Assembly (NCBI GenBank): GCA_964247055.1
Contig: OZ176058.1
Location: forward strand, 4,154,001 to 4,218,000
DNA: 64,000 bases
DNA from: Paragordius varius
Taxonomy: Eukaryota > Animalia > Nematomorpha
Direction of reading: 5' to 3'
The notes beneath the pieces were generated by a model. That model had not been told where the DNA came from, did no database searches, and worked only from the letters and a program-made list of their open reading frames with translations. The position numbers were made by a program, and so were the translations under genes. Below are positions 25,701 to 39,100 of this stretch, piece after piece. How positions within the stretch are numbered: the stretch's first letter is position 1; each line of letters opens with the position of its first letter.

Positions 25701-27130
25701 AAATATGTTTTCTTTTAACTTTTTAGTGTTTCCAACAATCAAACATATATTTTCAACAATCAAATAATTTTTCCAACAATCAAAATATGTTGCCCAATAG
25801 CTTTTTAGTATTTCCAACAATCAAACATATATTTTCAACAATCAAATAATTTTTCCAACAATCAAAATATGTTTTCTTTTAACTTTTTAGTGTTTCCAAC
25901 AATCAAACATATATTTTCAACAATCAAATAATTTATTTAACAATCAATATATGTTGCCCAATAGCTTTTTAGTATTTCCAACAATCAAATAATTTTTCCA
26001 ACAAACAAATTATGTTGTCTTTTAACTTTTCAGTGTTTCCAACAATCAAACATATATTTTCAACAATCAAATAATTTTCCAACAATAAATATGTTGCCCA
26101 ATAGTTTTTTAGTGTTTCCAACAATTAAATAATTTTTTCAACAATCAAATTATGTTGTCTTTTACCTTTTTAGTGTTTCCAACAATCAAACATATATTTT
26201 CAACAATCAAATAATTTTTCCAACAATCAAAATATGTTGCGCAATAGCTTTTTAGTATTTCCAACAATCAAACATATATTTTCAAAAATCAAATAATTTT
26301 TTCAACAATCAAAATATGTTTTCTTTAAACTTTTTAGTGTTTCCAACAATTAAACATATATTTTCAACAATCAAATAATTTTTACAATAATCAAAATATG
26401 TTGCCCAATAGTTTTTTAGTGTTTCCAACAATCAAACATATTTTTTCAACAATCAAATATTTTTTCCAACAGTCAAAATATGTTGCCCAATAGCTTTTTA
26501 GTATTTCCAACAATCAAACATATATTTTCAACAATCAAATAATTTTTCCAACAGTCAAAATATGTTGCCCAATAGCTTTTTAGTATTTCCAACAATCAAA
26601 CATATATTTTCAAAAATCAAATAATTTTTTCAACAATCAAAATATGTTTTCTTTAAACTTTTTAGTGTTTCCAACAATTAAACATATATTTTCAACAATC
26701 AAATAATTTTTACAATAATCAAAATATGTTGCCCAATAGCTTTTTAGTATTTCCAACAATCAAACATATATTTTCAAAAATCAAATAATTTTTTCAACAA
26801 TCAAAATATGTTTTCTTTAAACTTTTTAGTGTTTCCAACAATTAAACATATATTTTCAACAATCAAATAATTTTTACAATAATCAAAATATGTTGCCCAA
26901 TAGCTTTTTAGTATTTCCAACAATCAAACATATATTTTCAACAATCAAATATTTTTTCCAACAGTCAAAATATGTTGCCCAATAGCTATTTAGTATTTCC
27001 AACAATCAAACATATATTTTCAACAATCAAATAATTTTTCCAACAGTCAAAATATGTTGCCCACAGGCTTTTTAGTATTTCCAACAATCAAACATATATT
27101 TTCAACAATCAAATAATTTTTCCAACAATC
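19736..27130. repeat. Tandem duplication, period 3671 bp; each copy contains two related sub-units (1937 + 1734 bp)
   Basis: GCCCATAAGC 20041/23712, CCATCAATG 20981/24652, CATTAGC 21981/25652, ATATGTTGCGC 22561/26232 and CACAGGC 23391/27062 are all offset by 3671. AATATAATTTTTT at 20011, 21948, 23682 and 25619 gives the internal steps 1937/1734/1937. Confidence 0.94.
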
Positions 27131-30100
27131 AATATGTTTTCTTTTAACTTTTTAGTGTTTCCAACAATCAAACATATATTTTCAACAATCAAATAATTTT
27201 TTTAACAATCAAAATATGTTGCCCAATAGCTTTTTAGTATTTCCAACAATCAAATAATTTTTCCCACAATCAAAATATGTTTTCTTTTAACTTTTTAGTG
27301 TTTCCAACAATCAAACATATATTTTCAGCAATCAAATAATTTTCCAACAATAAATATGTTGCCCAATAGTTTTTTACTGTTTCCAACAATTAAATAATTT
27401 TTTCAACAATCAAATTATGGTGTCTTTTAACTTTTTAGTGTTTCCAACAATCAAACATATATTTTCAACAATCAAATAATTTTTCCAACAATCAAATATG
27501 TTGCCCAATAGCTTTTTAGTATTTCCAACAATCAAACATATATTTTCAACAATCAAATATTTTTTCCAACAATCAAAATATGTTTTCTAATAACTCTTTA
27601 GTGTTTTCAACAATCAATCATATATTTTCAACAATCAAATAATTTCTCCAACAATCAAAATATGATGCCCAATAACTTTTTAGTGTTTCCAACAATGAAA
27701 CATATATTTTCAATAATCAAATAATTTTTCAAACAATCAAAATATGTTGCCCAATAGCTTTTTAGTGTTTCCTACAATCAAACATATATTTTCAACAATC
27801 AATTAATTTTTCAAACAATGAAAATATGTTGCCCAATAGCTTTTTAGTATTTCCAACAATCAATCATATATTTTCAACAATCAAATAATTTCTCCAACAA
27901 TCAAAATATGATGCCCAATAACTTTTTAGTGTTTCCAACAATGAAACATATATTTTCAACAATCAAATAATTTTTCAAACAATCAAAATATGTTGCCCAA
28001 TAGCTTTTTAGTGTTTCCTACAATCAAACATATATTTTCAACAATCAAATAATTTTTCAAACAATGAAAATATGTTGCCCAATAGCTTTTTAGTATTTCC
28101 AACAATCAAACATATATTTTCAGCAATCAAATAATTTTTCCAACAATCAAAATATGTTGCCCAATAGCTTTTTAGTACTTCCAACAATCAAATAATTTTT
28201 CCGACAATCAATATATGTTTTCTTTTAACTTTTTAGTGTTTCCAACAATCAAACATATATTTTCAACAATCAAATAATTTTTTTAACAATCAAAATATGT
28301 TGCCCAATAGCTTTTTAGTATTTCCAACAATCAAAATATGTTTTCTTTTAACTTTTTAGTGTTTCCAACAATCAAACATATATTTTCAACAATCAAATAA
28401 ATTTTTTAACAAAAATATGTTGCTCAATAGCTTTTTAGTATTTCCAACAATCAAATAACTTTTCCAACAATCAAAATATGTTTTCTTTTAACTTTTTAGT
28501 GTTTCCAACAATCAAACATATATTTTCAACAATCAAATAATTTTTCCAACAATCAAAATATGTTGCCCAATAGCTTTTTAGTATTTCCAACAATCAAACA
28601 TACATTTTCAACAATCAAATAATTTTTCCAACAATCAAAATATGTTTTCTTTTAACTTTTTAGTGTTTCCAACAATCAAACATATATTTTCAACAATCAA
28701 ATAAATTTTTTAACAAAAATATGTTGCTCAATAGCTTTTTAGTATTTCCAACAATCAAATAATTTTTCCAACAATCAAAATATGTTTTCTTTTAACTTTT
28801 TAGTGTTTCCAACAATCAAACATATATTTTCAACAATCAAATAATTTTTCCAACAATCAAAATATGTTGCCCAATAGCTTTTTAGTATTTCCAACAATCA
28901 AACATATATTTTCAACAATCAAATAATTTTTCCAACAATCAAAATATGTTTTCTTTTAACTTTTTAGTGTTTTCAACAATCAAACATATATTTTCAACAA
29001 TCAAATAATTTTTTTAACAATCGAAATATGTTGCCCAATAGCTTTTTAGTATTTCCAACAATCAAACATATATTTTCAACAATCAAATATTTTTTCCAAC
29101 AATCAAAATATGTTGTCTTTTAACTATTTAGTGTTTTCAAAAATCAAACATATATTTTCAACAATCAAATTTTAACAATCAAAATATGTTTTCTTTTAAC
29201 TTTTTAGTGTTTCCAACAATCAATCATATATTTTTAACAATCAAATAATTATTTTAACAATTAAAATATGTTGACCAATAGCTATTTAGTATTTCCATCA
29301 ATCAAATAATTTTTCCAACAATCAAAATATGTTTTCTTTTAACTTTTTAGTGTTTCCAACAATCAAACATATATTTTCAACAATCAAATAATTTTCCAAC
29401 AATAAATATGTTGCCCAATAGTTTTTCAGTCTTTTCAACAATTAAATAATTTTTTCAACAATCAAATTATGTTGTCTTTTATCTTTTTTTCCAACAATCA
29501 AACATATATTTTCAACAATCAAATAATTTTTCCAACAATCAAAATATGTTGCCCAACAGCTTTTTAGTTTTTGCAACAATCAAACATATATTTTTAACAA
29601 TCAAATAATTTTTCCAACAATCAAAATATGTTTTCTTTTAACTTTTTAGTGTTTCCAACAATCAAACATATATTTTCAACAATCAAATAATTTTCCAACA
29701 ATAAATATGTTGCCCAATAGTTTTTTACTGTTTCCAACAATTAAATAATTTTTTCAACAATCAAATTATGTTGTCTTTTAACTTTTTAGTGTTTCCAACA
29801 ATCAAACATATATTTTCAACAATCAAATAATTTTTCCAACAATCAAATATGTTGCCCAATAGCTTTTTAGTAATTTTAACAATCATATATTTTCAACAAT
29901 CAAATAATTTTTCCAACAATCAAAATATGTTGCCCAATAGCTTTTTAGTACTTCCAACAATCAAATAATTTTTCCAACAATCAAAATATGTTTTCTTTTA
30001 ACTTTTTAGTGTTTCCAACAATCAAACTATATTTTCAACAATCAAATAATTTTTACAACAATCAAAATATGTTGCCCAATAGCTTTTTAGTATTTCCAAC

Positions 30101-33100
30101 AATCAAACATATATTTTCAACAATCAAATAATTTTTCCAACATTCAAAATATGTTTTCTTTTAACTTTTTAGTGTTTCCAACAATCAAACTATATTTTCA
30201 ACAATCAAATAATTTTTACAACAATCAAAATATGTTGCCCAATAGCTTTTTAGTAATTCCAACAATCAAATAATTTTTCCAACAATCAAAATATGTTTTC
30301 TTTTAACTTTTTAGTGTTTCCAACAATCAAACATATATTTTCAACAAATAAATAATTTTTTTAACAATCAAAATATGTTGCCCAATAGCTTTTTAGTATT
30401 TCCAACAATCAAATAATTTTTCCAACAATCAAAATATGTTTTCTTTTATCTTTTTAGTGTTTCCAACAATCGAACATATAAACAATCAAATAATTTTTCC
30501 AACAATCAAAATATGTTGCCCAACAGCTTTTTAGTCTTTCCAACAATCAAACATATATTTTCAACAATCAAATAATTTTTCCAACAATCAAAATATGTTT
30601 TCTTTTAACTTTTTAGTGTTTCCAACAATCAAACATATATTTTCAACAATCAAATAATTTTTACAACAATCAAAATATGTTGCCCAATAGCTTTTTAGTA
30701 ATTCCAACAATCAAATAATTTTTCCAACAATCAAAATATGTTGTATTTTAACTTTTTAGTGTTTCCAACAATCAATCATATATTTTCAACAATCAAATAA
30801 TTTCCAACAAAATATGTTTTCTTTAAACTTTTTAGTGTTTCCAACAATCAAACATATATTTTCAACAATCAAATAATTTTTTTAACAATCAAAATAAGTT
30901 GCCCAATAGCTTTTTAGTATTTCCAACAATCAAATAATTTTTTTAACAATCAAAATATGTTTTCTTTTAACTTTTTAGTGTTTCCAACAATCAAACATAT
31001 ATTTTCAACAATCAAATAATTTTTCCAACAATCAAAATATGTTGCCCAATAGCTTTTTAGTATTTCCAACAATCAAACATATATTTTCAACAATCAAATA
31101 ATTTTTCCAACAATCAAAATATGTTTACTTTTAACTTTTTAGTGTTTTCAACAATCAAACATATATTTTCAACAATCAAATAATTTTTTTAACAATCAAA
31201 ATATGTTGCCCAATAGCTTTTTAGTATTTCCAACAATCAAACATATATTTTCAACAATCAAATAATTTTTCCAACAATCAAAATATGTTGTCTTTTAACT
31301 ATTTAGTGTTTCCAACAATCAAACATATATTTTCAACAATCAAATAATTTTTTTAACAATCAAAATATGTTGCCCAATAGCTTTTTAGTATTTCCAACAA
31401 TCAAACATATATTTTCAACAATCAAATAATTTTTCCAACAATCAAAATATGTTGTCTTTTAACTATTTAGTGTTTCCAACAATCAAACATATATTTTCAA
31501 CAATCAAATAATTTTAACAATCAAAATATGTTTTCTTTTAACTTTTTAATGTTTCCAACAATCAATCATATATTTTTAACAATCAAATAATTTTTTTAAC
31601 AATTAAAATATGTTGACCAATAGCTTTTTAGTATTTCCAACAATCAAATAATTTTTCCAACAATCAAAATATGTTTTCTTTTAACTTTTTAGTGTTTCCA
31701 ACAATCAAACATATATTTTCAACAATCAAATAATTTTCCAACAATAAATATGTTGCCCAATAGTTTTTCAGTGTTTCCCACAATTAAATAATTTTTTCAA
31801 CAATCAAATTATGTTGTCTTTTATCTTTTTAGTGTTTCCAACAATCAAACATATATTTTCAACAATCAAATAATTTTTACAACAATCAAAATATGTTGCC
31901 CAATAGCTTTTTAGTGTTTCTAACAATGAAACATATATTTTCAACAATCATTTTTCAAACAATCAAAATATGTTGCCCAATAGCTTTTTAGTGTTTCCAA
32001 CAATCAAACATATATTTTCAACAATCAAATAATTTTTCAAACAATCAAAATATGTTCCCCAATAGCTTTTTAGTATTTCCAACAATCAAACATATATTTT
32101 CAACAATCAAATAATTTTTCCAACAATCAAATTATGTTGTCTTTTAACTTTTTAGTGTTTCCAACAATCAATCATATATTTTCAACAAAATAATTTCCAA
32201 CAAAATATGATGCCCAATAGCTTTTTAGTGTTTCTAATTTCCAACAATCAAAATTTGATTTCTTTTAACTTTTTAGTGTTTCCAACACTCAAACATATAT
32301 TTCAACAATCAAATAATTTTCCCAACAATCTTATTATGTTGTCTTTTAACTTTTTAGTGTTTCCAACAATCAAACATATATTTTCAAGAATCAAATATTT
32401 TTTCCAACAATCAAAATATGTTCCCCAATAGCTTTTTAGGATTTCCAACAATCAAATAATTTTTCCAACAATCAAAATATGTTTTCTTTTAACTTTTTAG
32501 TGTTTCCAACAATCAAACATATATTTTCAACAATCAAATAATTTTTCCAACAATCAAAATATGTTGCCCAATAGCTTTTTAGTATTTCCAACAATCAAAC
32601 ATATATTTTCAACAATCAAATAATTTTTCCAACAATCAAAATATGTTTTCTTTTAACTTTTTAGTGTTTCCAACAATCAAACATATATTTTCAACAATCA
32701 AATAATTTATTTAACTATCAAAATATGTTGCCCAATAGCTTTTTAGTATTTCCGACAATCAAATAATTTTTCCAACAATCAAATTATGTTGTCTTTTAAC
32801 TTTTCAGTGTTTCCAACAATCAATCATATATTTTCAACAATCAAATAATTTCCAACAAAATAAGATGCCCAATAGCTTTTTAGTGTTATTAATTTACAAC
32901 AATCAAAATTTGATTTCTTTTAACTTTTTAGTGTTTCCAACAATCAAACATATATTTTCAACAATCAAATAATTTTTCCAACAATCAAATTATGTTGTCT
33001 TTTAACTTTTTAGTGTTTCCAACAATCGATCATACATTTTCGACAATCAAATAATTTCTCCAACAATCAAAATATGTTGCCCAATAGTTTTTTAGTGTTT

Positions 33101-36100
33101 CCAACAATTAAATAATTCTTTCAACAATCAAATTATGTTGTCTTTTTACTTTTTAGTGTTTTCAACAATCAAACATATATTTTCAACAATCAAATAATTT
33201 TCCAACAATAAATATGTTGCCCAATAATTTTTTAGTGTTTCCAACAATTAAATAATTTTTTCAACAATCAAATTATGTTGTCTTTTAACTTTTTAGTGTT
33301 TCCAACAATCAAACATATATTTTCAACAATCAAATAATTTTTCCAACAATCAAAATATGTTGCCCAATAGCTTTTTAGTATTTCCAACAATCAAACATAT
33401 ATTTTCAACAATCAAATAATTTTTTCAACAATCAAAATATGTTTTCTTTAAACTTTTTAGTGTTTCTAACAATTAAACATATATTTTCAACAATCAAATA
33501 ATTTTTACAACAATCAAAATATGTTGCCCAATAGTTTTTTAGTGTTTCCAACAATCAAACATATTTTTTCAACAATCAAATAATTTTTCAAACAATCGAA
33601 ATATGTTGCCCAATAGCTTTTTAGTATTTCCAACAATCAAACATATATTTTCAACAATCAAATAATTTTTCCAACAGTCAAAATATGTTGCCCAATAGCT
33701 TTTTAGTATTTCCAACAATCAAACATATATTTTCAACAATCAAATAATTTTTCCAACAATCAATATGTTTTCTTTTAACTTTTTAGTGTTTCCAACAATC
33801 AAACATATTTTTTCAACAATCAAATAATTTTTTTAACAATCAAAATATGTTGCCCAATAGCTTTTTAGTATTTCCAACAATCAAATAATTTTTCCAACAA
33901 TCAAAATATGTTTTCTTTTAACTTTTTAGTGTTTCCAACAATCAAACATATATTTTCAGCAATCAAATAATTTTCCAACAATAAATATGTTGCCCAATAG
34001 TTTTTTACTGTTTCCAACAATTAAATAATTTTTTCAACAATCAAATTATGGTGTCTTTTAACTTTTTAGTGTTTCCAACAATCAAACATATATTTTCAGC
34101 AATCAAATAATTTTCCAACAATAAATATGTTGCCCAATAGTTTTTTACTGTTTCCAACAATCAAATAATTTTTCCAACAATCAAAATATGTTTTCTAATA
34201 ACTTTTTAGTGTTTCCAACAATCAAACATATATTTTCAACAATCAAATAATTTTTCAAACAATCAAAATATGTTGCCCAATAACTTTTTAGTGTTTCCAA
34301 CAATCAAACATATATTTTCAAAAATCAAATAATTTTTCAAACAATCAAAATATGTTGCCCAATAGCTTTTTAGTATTTCCAACAATCAAACATATATTTT
34401 CAACAATCAAATAATTTTTCCAACAATCAAATTATGTTGTCTTTCACTTTTAATGTTTTCAACAATCAATCATATATTTTCAACAATCAAATAATTTCTC
34501 CAACAATCAAAATATGATGCCCAATAACTTTTTAGTGTTTCCAACAATGAAACATATATTTTCAACAATCAAATAATTTTTCAAACAATCAAAATATGTT
34601 GCCCAATAGCTTTTTAATTTCCTACAATCAAACATATATTTTCAACAATCAAAAAATTTTTCAAACAATGAAAATATGTTGCCCAATAGCTTTTTAGTAT
34701 TTCCAACAATCAAAATATGTTGCCCAATAGCTTTTTAGTACTTCCAACAATCAAACATATATTTTCAACAATCAAATAATTTTTCAAACAATCAAAATAT
34801 GTTGCCCAATAGCTTTTTAGTCAACAATCAAACATATATTTTCAACAATCAAATAATTTTTCCAACAGTCAAAATATGTTGCCCAATAGCTTTTTAGTAT
34901 TTCCAACAATCAAACATATATTTTCAACAATCAAATAATTTTTCCAACAATCAATATGTTTTCTTTTAACTTTTTAGTGTTTCCAACAATCAAACATATA
35001 TTTTCAACAATCAAATAATTTTTTTAACAATCAAAATATGTTGCCCAATAGCTTTTTAGTATTTCTTACAATCAAACATATATTTTCAGCAATCAAATAA
35101 TTTTTCCAACAATCAAAAATGTTGCCCAATAGCTTTTTAGTACTTCCAACAATCAAATAATTTTTCCAACAATCAAATAATTTTTCCAACAATCAAAATA
35201 TGTTTTCTTTTAACTTTTTAGTGTTTCCAACAATCAAACATATATTTTCAACAATCAAATAAATTTTTTAACAAAAATATGTTGCTCAATAGCTTTTTAG
35301 TATTTCCAACAATCAAATAACTTTTCCAACAATCAAAATATGTTTTCTTTTAACTTTTTAGTGTTTCCAACAATCAAACATATATTTTCAACAATCAAAT
35401 AATTTTTCCAACAATCAAAATATGTTGCCCAATAGCTTTTTAGTATTTCCAACAATCAAACATACATTTTCAACAATCAAATAATTTTTCCAACAATCAA
35501 AATATGTTTTCTTTTAACTTTTTAGTGTTTCCAACAATCAAACATATATTTTCAACAATCAAATAAATTTTTTAACAAAAATATGTTGCTCAATAGCTTT
35601 TTAGTATTTCCAACAATCAAATAATTTTTCCAACAATCAAAATATGTTTTCTTTTAACTTTTTAGTGTTTCCAACAATCAAACATATATTTTCAACAATC
35701 AAATAATTTTTCCAACAATCAAAATATGTTGCCCAATAGCTTTTTAGTATTTCCAACAATCAAACATATATTTTCAACAATCAAATAATTTTTCCAACAA
35801 TCAAAATATGTTTTCTTTTAACTTTTTAGTGTTTTCAACAATCAAACATATATTTTCAACAATCAAATAATTTTTTTAACAATCAAAATATGTTGCCCAA
35901 TAGCTTTTTAGTATTTCCAACAATCAAACATATATTTTCAACAATCAAATATTTTTTCCAACAATCAAAATATGTTGTCTTTTAACTATTTAGTGTTTTC
36001 AAAAATCAAACATATATTTTCAACAATCAAATAATTTTAACAATCAAAATATGTTTTCTTTTAACTTTTTAGTGTTTCCAACAATCAATCATATATTTTT

Positions 36101-39100
36101 AACAATCAAATAATTATTTTAACAATTAAAATATGTTGACCAATAGCTATTTAGTATTTCCATCAATCAAATAATTTTTCCAACAATCAAAATATGTTTT
36201 CTTTTAACTTTTTAGTGTTTCCAACAATCAAACATATATTTTCAACAATCAAATAATTTTCCAACAATAAATATGTTGCCCAATAGTTTTTCAGTGTTTT
36301 CAACAATTAAATAATTTTTTCAACAATCAAATTATGTTGTCTTTTATCTTTTTTTCCAACAATCAAACATATATTTTCAACAATCAAATAATTTTTCCAA
36401 CAATCAAAATATGTTGCCCAACAGCTTTTTAGTTTTTGCAACAATCAAACATATATTTTTAACAATCAAATAATTTTTCCAACAATCAAAATATGTTTTC
36501 TTTTAACTTTTTAGTGTTTCCAACAATCAAACATATATTTTCAACAATCAAATAATTTTCCAACAATAAATATGTTGCCCAATAGTTTTTTACTGTTTCC
36601 AACAATTAAATAATTTTTTCAACAATCAAAATATGTTTTCTTTTAACTTTTTAGTGTTTCCAACAATCAATCATATATTTTTAACAATCAAATAATTATT
36701 TTAACAATTAAAATATGTTGACCAATAGCTATTTAGTATTTCCATCAATCAAATAATTTTTCCAACAATCAAAATATGTTTTCTTTTAACTTTTTAGTGT
36801 TTCCAACAATCAAACATATATTTTCAACAATCAAATAATTTTCCAACAATAAATATGTTGCCCAATAGTTTTTCAGTGTTTTCAACAATTAAATAATTTT
36901 TTCAACAATCAAATTATGTTGTCTTTTATCTTTTTTTCCAACAATCAAACATATATTTTCAACAATCAAATAATTTTTCCAACAATCAAATATGTTGCCC
37001 AATAGCTTTTTAGTAATTTTAACAATCATATATTTTCAACAATCAAATAATTTTTCCAACAATCAAAATATGTTGCCCAATAGCTTTTTAGTACTTCCAA
37101 CAATCAAATAATTTTTCCAACAATCAAAATATGTTTTCTTTTAACTTTTTAGTGTTTCCAACAATCAAACATATATTTTCAACAAATAAATAATTTTTTT
37201 AACAATCAAAATATGTTGCCCAATAGCTTTTTAGTATTTCCAACAATCAAATAATTTTTCCAACAATCAAAATATGTTTTCTTTTAACTTTTTAGTGTTT
37301 CCAACAATCAAACATATATTTTCAACAATCAAATAAATTTTCCAACAATCAAAATATGTTGCCCAATAGCTTTTTAGTATTTCCAACAATCAAACATATA
37401 TTTTCAACAATCAAATAATTTTTCCAACAATCAAAATATGTTTTCTTTTAACTTTTTAGTGTTTCCAAAAATCAAACATATATTTTCAACAATCAAATAA
37501 TTTTTACAACAATCAAAATATGTTGCCCAATAGCTTTTTAGTAATTCCAACAATCAAATAATTTTTCCAACAATCAAAATATGTTTTCTTTTAACTTTTT
37601 AGTGTTTCCAACAATCAAACATATATTTTCAACAAATAAATAATTTTTTTAACAATCAAAATATGTTGCCCAATAGCTTTTTAGTATTTCCAACAATCAA
37701 ATAATTTTTCCAACAATCAAAATATGTTTTCTTTTATCTTTTTAGTGTTTCCAACAATCAAACATATAAACAATCAAATAATTTTTCCAACAATCAAAAT
37801 ATGTTGCCCAACAGCTTTTTAGTCTTTCCAACAATCAAACATATATTTTCAACAATCAAATAATTTTTCCAACAATCAAAATATGTTTTCTTTTAACTTT
37901 TTAGTGTTTCCAACAATCAAACATATATTTTCAACAATCAAATAATTTTTACAACAATCAAAATATGTTGCCCAATAGCTTTTTAGTAATTCCAACAATC
38001 AAATAATTTTTCCAACAATCAAAATATGTTGTATTTTAACTTTTTAGTGTTTCCAACAATCAATCATATATTTTCAACAATCTAATAATTTCCAACAAAA
38101 TATGTTTTCTTTAAACTTTTTAGTGTTTCCAACAATCAAACATATATTTTCAACAATCAAATAATTTTTTTAACAATCAAAATAAGTTGCCCAATAGCTT
38201 TTTAGTATTTCCAACAATCAAATAATTTTTCCAACAATCAAAATATGTTTTCTTTTAACTTTTTAGTGTTTCCAACAATCAAACATATATTTTCAACAAT
38301 CAAATAATTTTTCCAACAATCAAAATATCTTGCCCAATAGCTTTTTAGTATTTCCAACAATCAAACATATATTTTCAACAATCAAATAATTTTTCCAACA
38401 ATCAAAATATGTTTACTTTTAATTTTTAGTGTTTTCAACAATCAAACATATATTTTCAACAATCAAATAATTTTTTTAACAATCAAAATATGTTGCCCAA
38501 TAGCTTTTTAGTATTTCCAACAATCAAACATATATTTTCAACAATCAAATAATTTTTCCAACAATCAAAATATGTTGTCTTTTAACTATTTAGTGTTTCC
38601 AACAATCAAACATATATTTTCAACAATCAAATAATTTTTTTAACAATCAAAATATGTTGCCCAATAGCTTTTTAGTATTTCCAACAATCAAACATATATT
38701 TTCAACAATCAAATAATTTTTCCAACAATCAAAATATGTTGTCTTTTAACTATTTAGTGTTTCCAACAATCAAACATATATTTTCAACAATCAAATAATT
38801 TTAACAATCAAAATATGTTTTCTTTTAACTTTTTAATGTTTCCAACAATCAATCATATATTTTTAACAATCAAATAATTTTTTTAACAATTAAAATATGT
38901 TGACCAATAGCTTTTTAGTATTTCCAACAATCAAATAATTTTTCCAACAATCAAAATATGTTTTCTTTTAACTTTTTAGTGTTTCCAACAATCAAACATA
39001 TATTTTCAACAATCAAATAATTTTCAACAATAAATATGTTGCCCAATAGTTTTTCAGTGTTTCCCACAATTAAATAATTTTTTCAACAATCAAATTATGT

